Assembly (NCBI GenBank): GCA_965153355.1
Contig: OZ231126.1
Span: 16,864,001-16,928,000 of the forward strand
From: Flaccisagitta enflata
Lineage: Eukaryota
Length of the DNA stretch: 64,000 bases
Direction of reading: 5' to 3'
The notes below the pieces were generated by a model, which did no database searches, was not told the DNA's origin, and was given only the letters and a program-made list of their open reading frames with translations. Position numbers and translations under genes: made by a program. Shown here piece after piece: positions 44,122 to 56,736 of this stretch. Positions within the stretch are counted from its first letter, which is position 1, and each line of letters starts with the position of its first letter.

Positions 44122-44929
44122 CACGGTTACCCAAATCGCGTAGGGGTGGGCAGGGGCAATGATGAAATAGGCTAATTAACTATTTGGGTAGGGGCTGTAA
44201 TGCAACAAGGCCGGATACACGTCCATCAGTTGCGGACGGGTGGGCAGGGGCGGAAATGCGCGTTTTCCCACTTTTCAACTCGAGCGTGACGGACCGACGG
44301 ACCGACCAACCAACCAACCGACGGACGGATAAAGCCTCTTATAGAGTTGCGTGTCCGCAACTAAAAACTGCCCGCAAACGCCAGAAAAAGCTAAGGGTGA
44401 CAAACCGACAGACTGAATGATCGATGGACCGACGGACATAGCGTTTTATAGGGTCGCGGGCATGCGGCTAAAAATTGGGAATCGACTGATATCCGCTCTT
44501 ACTCAGGTCTCTCCGTCCGTACATCCGTTCGTCACGTTTAAATTCCGGCCGGCCTACTTGACCAAAGTGTGACTCCTGTTAACAATTAACAATTAACAAT
44601 TAAGCGCAACTAACGGGTAAGCTGTATTCGTATACTTAACAGCCTCTTATTCGACGTGACTTGCCCTCCATTTAATAAAAGGGATCTACAATTCAAAATC
44701 TCTTCTGACGCGTGAGGCGATCTGTTTTAATCTGTTTTGATACTAATTCTGTCGCCTCTCCGTTGTAAAACGCGAAAGCAATTGAAGAATTGTACAATCG
44801 CATTTTCAATGATAATGGGGATTTTATTCATCACAAAAGAGTTATTTTTCACAATACACAACAATAACAACAACGACAACGACACATCAACAAACCATTT
44901 GGCGTTTTTTATACTAATATTAATAATTA

Positions 44930-45763
44930 TCGGGAAAAAAGTCGAAGTCAGTCTTCGACTTTTTGACATATTCGAGAGAAACAGGGTTTTCATTTTCTTA
45001 TGGGGAAGTTGTGAATCTCATCCGGCTGATTGAGGCCTCCGATGAAATTGATAGGGTAAGTAAATTTGATAATTCTCTTTCATTTGGCGCCAAGCAGAAT
45101 GCTCCACAACAAATATTTTTTGCGCTATGATTTTTTAAAGATTTATTTACGAAAAATTTGATTGGATTTTTTTTCGATTTTTTTTTTATTTTGTGTAAAG
45201 AAGTATATCTATGTTTACTTGAGCATGAAAATACAAAAAAAAAATGTTCATGAGCACAGCTGCTCATCTGTGAGGGCGTTTTGATAATTTTAGCTCATTT
45301 ACCTCACTTACCTCAGTCTATTCTTTCTGATTTTAAATACAATAAATGAATATTTTCATACCTGTTTAAGCAAGCAAATAAAAAAAACATGTCAGTGAGC
45401 AGAGCTGCTGATCTGTGAAGGTGTTTTTAAGTATTCTAGCTCATTTAGCTCATTTAGCTTTCTCTTTTTGTCTGATTAAGAATAGGATAAATAAATCAAT
45501 GTTTTTATTTAAGCATGCAAATACAAAACTCATGCCAGTGAGAAAAGCTGGTTATCTGGTTGAATTATTTTGAATATTTTAGCTCATCTAGCTCATTTGG
45601 CTCAGTTATATTTTTCTCTGATTTTAAATGCAATCAATACATACAATTGCTTTAGATGTGATCTAACAAATAAAAAGAATTTCAGTGACTGAAGACAAAA
45701 GCATGGTGAAAAGTGACCAATGCTTACGACTTTTTTCCTCACGGCGACAGCCGCCATTACTGG
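44930..45763 (+). mobile_element. Non-autonomous Helitron-like element, copy 2
   Basis: A|TCGGGAAAAAAGTCGAAG...GGCGACAGCCGCCATTACTGG|T: TC start, subterminal hairpin, CTRR end, A|T target, no TSD. Confidence 0.78.
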
Positions 45764-46390
45764 TAAAACATTAACATAGAAAAGATTCTATCGAGAAAAG
45801 AGTCAAGGTCAGTCTTCAACCTTTTTGCTGGTTACAGTTACTTTTGAAGACAGGGTACAGTACCTCGCTCTACCAATAATGTTTATCACTAGTTAACGTT
45901 AGAAAAAGTCATTGTAAAACGGATGACGATGTTCACACCAATGAAAATTGAAAGAAAGAAAGAAAGAAAAAAAAAGAAAAAAGATAAAAAGGAAAAAAAA
46001 AGAATAAAGAAAGAAACAAAGAAACAAAGGATGGAAGAAACAAAGAAACAAAGAAGGAAGAAAAGCGGGAGAAAATTTACCATATATGCATGAGAGCATT
46101 CGTAGGTCATCTGTCTCATCGGAGTCGCTGCCCAGAATAGACGCTAGGGTAAACGAGCTAGAACTCATAACTCGGGGAACAAAAACAACCGGGCAATTAC
46201 GCGTCCTGACTGTGTCTCTGCGTGTATAGACCTTGAGGGTAGACTTGTAAAATATATCAAGAGATAGATGGAGAGGCAGACGAGTGCGTAACGGACTGAA
46301 GGACGGATGGATGGACGGACAGACAGTCTCTCTCATAGAGCTGCGTTACAGAAAGACGCATCTAAAAATCAATTCCCACATTTTCAAGAG

Positions 46391-47442
46391 TCAAGTCATC
46401 GGTACAAAAGGTTCGGAGAAGGATTTTGATATGGTTTTGAAAAGATTTTGGCCGCCGAAATTAAAGTCATCAAACCGCCACTTGCAATATTCCCCTTTCT
46501 CGCCGCCGCCATCGTCGATGCCACTCTCCGGTTTTCGGCCTCTTCGGTCTTGTTTGGCGGCGTCAGCGGAATTGTCAGGGATGAAAATGATGGTGTCAGT
46601 GGTGGTGATAGAGGGAGAAAATGGCGTGGCTGCCTCGACGGGGGCGGCGAAAGGGGCGGACGTGGTGGTAGTGGTGGTGGCGTGAGCAACATCGATGACG
46701 GCAGAGTCAGAGTCGTTTGCGCCGTCGCTTATTTTCCCATCACCGTCTACATGCCCGTCAAACACGCCAAACCACCGAAAATTTGGATGAGATCGACTTC
46801 TCCTTTTCCTCCTCCTCTCCTTCATCATCTCACCTCGGCCGCCGGCGAACTCGGGCGAATTGTGACGGAGCTTCGCCGGCAGGAAGGAGGTGGTTGTTGT
46901 CCGCCGCATATCGTTATCGTCAATCAGGTCAATATCGTCGACATGGTCGTTATAATCGACGGCGGTGGTGGCAAATCGAACCATCGGCAAATTGGAAGAC
47001 GTCGACGGGGAAAGAGCCAAGTCTTCCACGTGGAAACTCTTCTCCAAAAACGCCGGTGACGATCGTCTTTGTCGCGTTCGCAGCAACAGACTCGAACGAT
47101 CGTAGTTGACGCGATCGTTATTTGGATCTGGTCGATTATCAGTGATCATTCCAGCGGCGCGTCGTTGAAGCTGTGATTGTTGTCGTCGCCGATGTTGTTG
47201 CGATTGTCGCCGCTGCCAATGATATTGGTCGTCGCGCGACCACGGGGCCGGGGCGCCGTATGATAAGGCGGCGCCTGTGTTGGCGTTGGCCGCGGGGGTG
47301 TCGACGATAAAGTTGGTGGTGTGATTCAACGGCGGTGACGTTGGGGGATCTGGCGTGAAAGCCAAAGATTCGGAAGAGCCGCTGTCGTCGGCGTTGGTCG
47401 AGTTTGTCGTCAGACTTCGATGAGTCATCGGTGAAACGGGAA
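46391..47442 (-). CDS. Large terminal exon, probably the distal GPCR tail (low complexity, S/T/D/R-rich)
   Basis: Acceptor cttcttttgtttccAG in phase 1; about 350 open codons of GC-rich unique sequence (VPVSPMTHRSLTTNSTN...SKSFSEPFVPMT-stop). Linkage to the GPCR is inferred from strand and phase. Confidence 0.68.
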
Positions 47443-48595
47443 CTGGAAACAAAAGAAGTGGGGGGGGGGGGGTGGTGGAGTCAGGGGCGTATTTACATTT
47501 AACTACATTTAACTACACTCTTTTCATTTTATAAGAACATGTTGGTTTTTTTTTTTCCTGAGGCTCAATGTTCTTATTTCTAGGGCGATTTGAGGCTCAA
47601 ATTGTTCTTGGGATATTCTCATTTTTCTTATTGCCAGCTTAAATTGGATTGTTCTTTTTTGGTTATTTAACAATGATCGCCTATTGAAAGGTTGAGAAAA
47701 CTATTGTGTTAATCATAAATAAATCAAATTTAAGTGTAAAACTAATTGATGTCAACCTTTACAATAATATGGTCATTATTCTTTTAGTTTGCAGCAGTTC
47801 CTTTATTAGCCTTGAGCAAAAAAAGGAAGAATGTTTTTGTGATCCCTCATGTTGTGAGAATGACGATGTTCTAATTTTTTTCCACAATTGAGCCTCAATG
47901 TTCTTATAAACAAGGTTCTAAGTAAAAAAAAGACTGTAATTGACTTGAGTGACTTAATGTAGCTTAATACAACTTAATATGACTTACAATGACTTAGAAT
48001 GACTTGGAGTGATTTATTTGGCTTAGAATGACTTAGAAAGACTTAGAATGACTTAGAATGACTAAAAGTAACTTTAAGTATTATAAAAGTTAAGTTGGAC
48101 GGATGGACGGACGGACAGGCAGATGGTCTGACGGACGGACAAACGGACGGACGAACAGACGGAAGGACGGATGGACGGACGGATGGACGGACGGACGGAC
48201 GGACAAAGCGGGGTGTAGAGTCGCGTAGCACGCAACTAAAAACAAATTGACATAAAAAGAAAAGAGTGTACCCACACACAAACACGCACATAGACACCTG
48301 GGACTCAATTTTTAGTTGCGGACACGCAACTCTATAAGAGGCTTTGTCCGTCCATCGTTTTGTCGATCCGTCCATCGGTCATAGTGATCAAGTTGAAAAT
48401 GAGCATTTTCGATACTATATGTGTTTTAGTGTTGGAGGTGGGTTGGGGTGTAGATGGGGCTTGGATGCCCCTGCCCACCCGTCCGCAATGATATTGTGAC
48501 CCCGCGTCACTTGTTTTACCTCAGTCTCTCTGACTCTCTCTCTACTTTCTCTCAGTATTTCTGTCTTTCAGTCTTTCAGTCTTTCAGTCTTTCAG

Positions 48596-48643
<48 letters not shown>

Positions 48644-48748
48644 TTTTTCTTTTTTTCTTTTTTTCTTTTTTTCATTCTTCCTTTCTCTTCCTCTTTCTTT
48701 TTCACCCTTTCTCCCTTTCTCTCTTTCTCTCTTTCACTCTTTCACTCT

Positions 48749-48843
<95 letters not shown>

Positions 48844-48960
48844 GAGAGTCACTCTTTTGAAAAAGGTCATCTTCTTTCCCTCGCGGCTCAGTGAGACTTA
48901 TAAAATGGCATCTTAACTGTTTCATGGGGTGATAAAATGGTTAGAACTCTTTCTTTTCAC

Positions 48961-49062
48961 CTGATAAAGAATAGTTGAGCCTTACAGAGACGCAAAGTGT
49001 TTTCGCGTCCTCCATTCCGTTGTCCTCTGATCTCTTCACCTCCACAGCAGACTCGCGTTCGC
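48961..49062 (-). CDS. GPCR C-terminal tail exon (phase 1-1, 102 bp)
   Basis: Strong acceptor ttttttgtttttgcAG; open frame GERESAVEVKRSEDNGMEDAKTLCVSVRLNYSLS; donor CAG|GTGAAA; unique sequence between repeats. Confidence 0.6.
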
Positions 49063-49439
49063 CTGCAAAAACAAAAAAATGCCCACATGTGCTGATTTGG
49101 TTTGGCTCTATTTTCTTTCCGCATGGTTGTGTTACAGTCCACACCCACGGTGCCACGCGTTCGGGATACTGCGGCCGGTTTTTCTTTCGTTTCTTTTTCC
49201 CTTTTTAGGTGCGCCATAGCACCTTTATGAGAGGGTCTGTCTGTCGGTCGGTCGGTCGGTCGGTCGGTTGGTCTGTAACGCTCGAGTTGAAAATCTCGAA
49301 AAGAAGCAAAAATCACTGGAAATGATTCAGAAATAAGCTAGGATGATTTTTAAATGCGCCATAGCATCTCTATAAGAAGCTCTGTCCGTCCGTCCGTCCA
49401 TCGGTCGGTCACGCTCGAATGAAAAATCGCTAAAAATCT

Positions 49440-50768
49440 GAACAGTATCTGGGTCCGCGACGGAAGGGGGTTAAAGATCACCAATTCCGTAAGATCACTA
49501 TGACCAAAAGATCGCTAACCCTGTAAGTTTGCCAAAACTATAAGTCTTTACATTTAGAGCCGCCATACAAAGTTTCAAATCCGTTGAAAAATGACAAAGT
49601 TATGCACGTTTTTCACTCCTAAGCTAGTAGGGTTGTTGGGTGGTAGGCTAGTTTAGATAAATAGTGTGCGTATGTTGAGTTCTTCCATTTAGAGACTCCA
49701 TACCAAGTTTCAACCAATTTGGTTGAAAAATGTCCAATTTATGTAAGTTTTTACTTTTAGGCCGGTAAGCTGGTTGGGTGGTAGGTTGGTTTGGCCGGTT
49801 AGCATGCTCAAACATAAATAAATCACATACATGTGTTGAGTTCTTCCATTTAGAGATTCCATACCAAATTTCAACCAAATTGGTTGAAAAACGCCAAAGA
49901 TATGCACATTTATCACTTTTTCGTTGGTAGGCTGGTTGGGTGGTAGGCTGGTTTGACAGGATAAATAGTGGGCATATGTTGAGTTCTTCCATTTAGAGAC
50001 CCCATACCAAGTTTCAACCAAATTAGTTGAAAAATAACAAAGTTAAGCAAGTTTTTCACTTTTAGGCCGGTTGGCTGGTTGGGTGGTAGGTCGGTTTGGC
50101 CGGTTAGCATGCTCAAATGCATATAAATCACATACACATGTTGAGTATTCCATTTAGTGACTCCATACCAAATTTCAACCAAATCGGTTGAAAAATGCCA
50201 AAGTTATGCATGTTTTTCACTTTTAGGCCAGTAGGCTGGTTGGGTGGTAGGCTGGTTTGACAGGATAAATAGTGCGCATATGTTGAGTTCTTCCATTTAG
50301 AGACCCCATACCAAGTTTCAACCAAATTAGTAGAAAAATGCCAAAGTTATGCAAGTTTTTCACTTTTAGGCCGGTTGGCTGGTTGGGTGGTAGGTCGGTT
50401 TGGCCGGTTAGCATGCTCAAATGCATATAATCATATACATATGTTGAGTCCTTCCATTTAGAGACTCCATACCAAATTTCAGCCAAATTGGTTGAAAAAT
50501 GCTAAAGTTATGCACATTTTTCTCTTTCAGGCCGGTAGGCTGGTTGGGCCGGTTGGGTTGGTCGGATCACAAAAATCGGATAGGATGTAAAGCGCCTTAA
50601 CCTAGTACAACTTCCCACCAAATATGAACCAAATCGGTCAAAGCATAAAAAAGTTATCCATTTTTTAAAATCCGTGACGACAATGACGACAACAACGACA
50701 ACGACGACGACACCCACCCGCCTTGAATTATAGTCCGCGTCGGAATGATATTCCGTCGCGGACAAAAA
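49440..50768 (-). mobile_element. HINE-like element with a dimeric satellite core of about 304 bp
   Basis: 5' TTTTTGTCCGCGACGGAA-tatca-TTCCGACGCGGAC-TATA, (GTC)n, alternating units of about 161 and 143 bp, subterminal TTCCGTCGCGGAC. Confidence 0.8.
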
Positions 50769-50844
50769 TGTTTGAAATCAATAGAAAACTCATTTCGTTC
50801 ATCATAAATGATACTCGTCATTTCATTCACTAATGTATAATCAG

Positions 50845-51240
50845 CTACGGTTAGGTCTTATAGAGCTGGGGATAGGTTGGATAGGTCTGGTGATAGGTCG
50901 GATAGGTCTTAGGATAGGTCTGATAGAGCTGGGGATAGGTCTGATAGAGCTGGTGATAGGTCTGATAGAGCTCGGGATAGGTCTGATAGAACTTGGGAAA
51001 GGTCTGATAGAGCTTGGGAAAGGTCTGATAGAGCTCGGGAGAGGCCTGATAGAACTCGGAATAGGTCTTATAGAGCTAGGAATGGTCTGATAGAGCTAGG
51101 GATAGGTCTGATGGAGCTAGGGATAGCCATTGATTAATAACGCCCGGCGGGATAGGTCTGATAGAGCTAGGAATGGTCTGATAGAGCTAGGGATAGGTCT
51201 GATGGAGCTAGGGATAGGTCTGATGGAGCTAGGGATAGCT
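50845..51240. repeat. 21-bp minisatellite (GATAGGTCTGATAGAGCTRGG) in a family E element (about 49203-51292)
   Basis: Tandem units are visible; the host head AGGTGCGCCATAGCACCT pairs with the tail GGCGCACC...GGCCTTGTT. Confidence 0.8.
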
Positions 51241-52743
51241 ATGAATTCATAACGCTCGGCGCACCGTCTTGGCCCGTGTATCCGGCCTTGTTAGATGCGT
51301 CCTTGCATCTCTATAATAGGCTATGTCCGTCGGTTGGTTGGTTGGTTGGTCGGTCGGTAACGCATTCATTAAAAACATCAAAATCAATCATTTTTTCAAC
51401 AGAAAAGCGGTTCTACCCCACTAAAAGAAGCATACATCAAGTAATTCATGCATTCAATCATTCATTCATTCACAAATGACATTCATTCATAAAAAAACTT
51501 TCATTCATAAAAAACGTTCATTCAAAGAGGACGCATCGTTGGCCTACTTGGCCTTGTTCTTTAAATCGAAGGCATTCTCGCCATAAAGATATAGAGATCG
51601 CTACATAAACAAGTGACGCTGGGTCACAATATCGTTGCGGACGGATGGCCAGGAGCATCCAACCCTGATCCACATTCCAAACCCCACTTCATACACAAAC
51701 ATACAAAAAAAGAATCCTAAAGGCTCATTTTTCCACTTTTCGACTCAGTCACTTCGGACCAATGAACAGACAGACAGACGGACGGACGGACGGACAAAGC
51801 CTCTTAGAGAGTTGCATGTCCGCAACTAACAAGGCCGGATACACGGCTACCCAAGTCGCGTGCGGGTGGGCAGGGGCAGCGACGAAATAGACCAGCAAGG
51901 CAGTTTGGCAGGAGCCATAACCCAAAAACCGCCCGTTTAAACGCCAAAAAAGCAGAGTGTTACCAACCGACCGCCAGACCGACCGACCGACGGTCCGAGC
52001 TGATTGTAGAGTCGCGTGGACGCGACTAAAAAGCGATCATGATGAACTAAAACATTTTAGTCGCGGGCAAGCGACTCTATAACCCATTATGTCCGTCGGT
52101 CGGTCTGTGTGTAATACTTTCCATTTTCAAGGTCAACAGGCGTTTTTCGCATCACTGCTCCTGCCCAAGTGCTTCGTTAGCTTTTTTTGACTGCCCCTGC
52201 CCACCCGCACGCGACCGTGTATCCGGCCTTGTTCTTTCAAAACAAAAAAGAAAAGAAACAAGGCCAACACCCATAAGTCGCGTGCGAGACTTACAGATTG
52301 ACTTAAAATGACTTAGAATGACTTAGAATGACTCAGCATACTCTTAAATGACTTTAAATGACTTAAAGGAATAAAATTGATAAAAAAAGTAAAAGTGTGA
52401 CCGACCGACAGACCGACCAACCGACCAAGCGACGGACGGACGGACAAAGCCGGGTGTAGAGTCGCGTGCACGCGACTAAAAAACAAACACTTGAGTTGAG
52501 AGAGAGAGAGAGTAAGTGGAAACGATAATGGCTTTAATCTCAATATTTGAACTCGTTTTGAGTGTTAAACTTTAAGATCGCATCTTCTCTGGTTTTTTTT
52601 TGCACTCAAGATTCAGTAGTAAGTAGATCTCGTCTAGACTTGAGGCAATGAAAAAAGATAGGGAAGTAAACGAAAAGAAAAAAAAATCTTTAAACCCCTA
52701 ATGACCGGTATTAGCCGATGCAGTATTGCAAGGGCTTTCATTT

Positions 52744-54030
52744 GATAACCTTGGCGACAAAAAAATGGCGGATTTTTAAAACAGATTCTATCTACATCAA
52801 TTCAAGAAAAACTTATTAAAATCGGTGATGGTTAGAAAGCTCTTTGAAAGATCTTTTATTTGAGTCGTGTCCGAAAATTTTAACTCAAACGGTTTAGAAG
52901 CTAGAGCAATTTGAACATGACTACTCTTTTTCAGGACTGCCCGTGACTCCATAGAAGGGAATTTGAAAACAAGCCCGAACTGGCAACGATGCGTCCAGAC
53001 TGTGTCTCTGCGTATATTGATCATGTGACACATATGGATTGACAGATGGACAAACAGACAGATGGAACGACAAGAGTAGTAATGGAGGCTCTCAAATTAT
53101 GTTTGTCTCGCAGTAGATTCAGTGTAGGATCTCGTCGTGGCCGAAAACGGCCAAAAAACGCGGTTTTTGCACAGGCGTAACGGACCGACGGACGGACCGA
53201 CAGACGGACCGACGGACGGACGGACGGACCGACGGACGGACGGACGGACGGACGGACGGACAAACCCTCTTATAGAGATGCGAGGACGCATCTAAATTGT
53301 TAAAATCTTAAAAAAAAGTTTTGGTCCGATTTCTACAAAATTTTAGGTGGTAGGTCAGGTGTAAGTCTTCTGATATTACTTTAATTTTCATGCTAATCGG
53401 ATGATTTTTACTAGGGTTTTCATAATTTTATATTCTAGATCTCAATAAAATATACTAAAACTAAAGTGGTTTGCTGTTATTGCATTTACTTCACTGCTGA
53501 ATTGATAAAACCTCTCCTGTGCTGTTCCAACTTGAACATTTTTCTCAGAGCTTCAAAACCATCATGAATTTGATATGATTTTTGTCAAAACTTGATAATA
53601 AAGATCCTTCAAAAAAACCATATTGTCATCTCATTGACGCTCAGATTTCTAGAAGATTTCAAGCTCTTTCTCATAATGAAAATGATAGAAAAAATTGTCC
53701 GATTTTTAAAATTTTTGAGGAGCTGTCAGAGGAAGGTATTCAGCGCTTCCAGTTCAATTTTCATCAAAATCAGAGAATTTTTACTATGGTTTTAAGATGA
53801 TTGTTTTTTATCACTCATTCTTGACATGACATTAGAGCAAAAATGGAGTAGTCATGTTCAAACTGCTGTAGCTTCTAAACCGTTTGAGTTAAAAATTCCA
53901 GACACGACTCAAATGAAAGATCTTTCTAAGAGCTTTTTAACCATCACCAATTTTAATACGTTTTTATTAGATTAAGGTAGATAGAATCTGTTTTGAAAAA
54001 TCCGCCATTTTCTTTGTCGCTAAGGTTACC
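52744..54030. mobile_element. Element with TIRs of about 190 bp and a nested family C copy
   Basis: GATAACCTTGGCGACAA...TTGTCGCTAAGGTTACC arms; no clear TSD. Confidence 0.72.
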
Positions 54031-54248
54031 TGGAGATATACATTTTATTGTATTTCATATAAAATAAGATATAAAATCATCGGAACATTCATTCATCTAT
54101 AAGGTTGTTGCATTTGTAAAGTCATATGATGTTTCTTTTTGCTTATGGCGTCTGAGGGCCTCGTTGAAAAAATGGAAATTAAAACAAATATTTAAATATG
54201 AAATCATTACAACGATTAAACAACGTTGCCTCTTTGCCTCTCCTTCTA

Positions 54249-55070
54249 CCAGTAAAGGCGGCTGTCGCCGTGAGGAAAAAAGTCGTAAGCATTGGTCACT
54301 TTTCACCCAGCTTTTATCTTCAGTCCCTGCATTTATGTGTATTGATTGTATGTATTGATTGCACTGAAAATCAAAGAAAAATAGAGCTAAAACCAAATGA
54401 GCTAGATGAGCTAAAATACTCAAAATCACTCAACCAGATATCCAGCTTTGTTCACTAAAATGCTTTCTTGTATTTGCTTTCTTAACTAAAATTTCCATTC
54501 ATCTTATTTAAAATCAGGAAAAATAAGTTGAATGAGCTAAATGAGCTAAATGAGCTAGAATACTTAAAAACATCCTCACAGATGAGCAGCTCTGCTCACT
54601 GACATGCTTTCTTACATTTGCTTGCTTAAACATGTATCAAATAAATTTATTTATCTATTGCATTTAAAATCAGAAAAAAAAAAGACTGAGCTAAATGAGC
54701 TAAAATGCTCAAAAACACCCCCACAGATGAGCAACCATGCTCATAAATATGATTTCCTGTACTTGCATGCTCAGACAAACAAAAATACACTCTTTTATTG
54801 ATTCTGCCTAAAATAAAAAAAATAGAAAAAAATTCAATTTGAAATTTTTATAAATAAATCTTTAAAAATTCATAGCACAAAAAATATTCATAGTAGAGCA
54901 TTCTGCTTGGCGCCAAATGAAAGAGAATTATCAAATTTACTTACCCTATTAATTTCATCAGAGGCCTCAATCAGCCGGATGAGACCCTCAACTTTCCCAT
55001 AAGAAAATGAAAACCCTGTTTTTCCCGAATATGTCAAAAAGTCGAAGACTGACTTTTACTTTTTTCCCGA
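54249..55070 (-). mobile_element. Non-autonomous Helitron-like element, copy 3
   Basis: Reverse complement of 44930-45763 with the same termini. Confidence 0.78.
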
Positions 55071-56017
55071 TAATTCCTTCATTCTTTCATTCATGTTTCC
55101 ATATATTTATGCTTCCATTCATTCATTCATTTATTCATTCATTCATTCATTCATACATTCATTCATTCATTCAGTCAGTCATTCATTCATTCATTCATTC
55201 ATTCATTCAATCATTCATTCATTCATCCATACATTCATTCATTCATTCATTCATGAATCCATTCATTCATTCATGAATCCATTCAGTCATTTTTCATTTA
55301 TTCATTCATTCATTCATTCAATCATTCATTCAATCATACATTCATGAATCAATGCTCATATCTCTCCTTGGAATATTCATTCATCAATCTGTTCGAAGCT
55401 TTTGCAAAGTCATATGCCGTTGCCTAGGGCGTCCGAGGGAGTCATTGAAATATGGATATGGGTAGGAAATCCGCAGGCTATGGAGATACAATGAGTAACT
55501 CGCCTTACCTCAACGCGACCTTGTTCGGCAAAGATTTCCTTCTCTTCTGAGCTTCGGTGACATTTTTAACTCAATTTCTACGGAAAAAAACTTTACCCAA
55601 GAACAATATAACGACTATGAATGACAAGATTACACTTAACTCAAAGAAAATTTAGCTTTGAATAACGCTTTGGTAAAAAATTCCGACACGTTTTTTTTTT
55701 CGTTTCGCTCCAGCCACTTTCGTTTCGACCAAGCCACTTTGACTTCCTTATAGTTAATGACTACTGAGGGCAAGTTGTAGCAAATCTAATTTTGGGCAAT
55801 GTTCCTGTCTGTATCATGAATACTGATACTTTAGCGGGAAAACACAGAAATTAGTTTCCATGGCAACCGACCATCATGGGGATTGGGGAGTAAAGCGTCC
55901 TTTTTTCAATCTACATTCCACGTTGGTTAAGTGACATTGCACTCATCGGAGAGATCGAAACAAAAATCGACGCGTATTCAGCCTTGTGTTTTAAATCCTT
56001 TTCATATATCAACAAAC

Positions 56018-56257
56018 CATTCTTGGATGGCGTCGATTCTGCGCGATCGCTGCAATCATTGGAGGCGATGGTGGAGTGAATTCGCCATTCGGGAAGTTTC
56101 ATCTGCTGGTGCAGCGAAGATCCCATCGACGAAGCACGCGCCAGATTGAAATGAGCCGGTTTTTGTGGTTGGCGCGGTTGGCGCAGCGTGCTCGTGTCTC
56201 GCACGTTTGCTCGCGCCATCGTGTGCTGACGCGAAAACTGGTTGCTTTGGTTGCGAC
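56018..56257 (-). CDS. GPCR C-terminal tail exon (phase 1-1, 240 bp)
   Basis: Acceptor gcgtacAG with upstream gctaat branch-like motif; open frame GRNQSNQFSRQHTMARANVRDT...AESTPSKN; donor G|GTTTGT. Frame-compatible with the TM7 exon. Confidence 0.68.
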
Positions 56258-56339
56258 CTGTACGCATGTGTATGCAAATCAAGAAGCGTGTCATATTAGC
56301 GTGGCGATATTACAAGTATCGAGTCACACACACACACGC

Positions 56340-56430
<91 letters not shown>

Positions 56431-56490
56431 AAAAAAAGAAAGAAAAAAGCTCTGAGAGGATCTGCCTAATCACGATTGTTATCAACTTAC

Positions 56491-56666
56491 CGCAACGCAG
56501 AACCCGCTTAAAAGCTCTTCGAAATTTGACGGAGAATACATTATAGAGAATAGGGTTGATGGCCGAAGAGAGATACATACACAGCTTGGCAAACAACAAG
56601 TACCATTTGTTGTACCAAGGAGTTAGCTTGAAGTAAGAAAGCAGCTTGTTCACCGTCATCCACCCT
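56491..56666 (-). CDS. Exon encoding ECL3, TM7 and helix 8 of a class A peptide GPCR, TRH-receptor-like
   Basis: GWMTVNKLLSYFKLTPWYNKWYLLFAKLCMYLSSAINPILYNVFSVKFRRAFKRVLRC contains NPxxY and KFR.AF and resembles TRH receptor TM7 as recalled ([22 protein letters not shown]). Acceptor ttcacAG follows a (TC)n tract; donor GTAAGT at 56490. Confidence 0.9.
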
Positions 56667-56670
56667 CTGT

Positions 56671-56736
<66 letters not shown>

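Noticed and set aside
46081-46336. Apparent extra minus-strand exon (SILGSDSDETDDLRMLSCIYG with GTAAAT)
   Set aside because: It is a decayed family A head (GGGCAGCG...GATGACCTA) next to a family C tail.
46448-47109. Plus-strand ORFs of 203 and 130 aa
   Set aside because: Antisense shadows of the GC-rich minus-strand exon.
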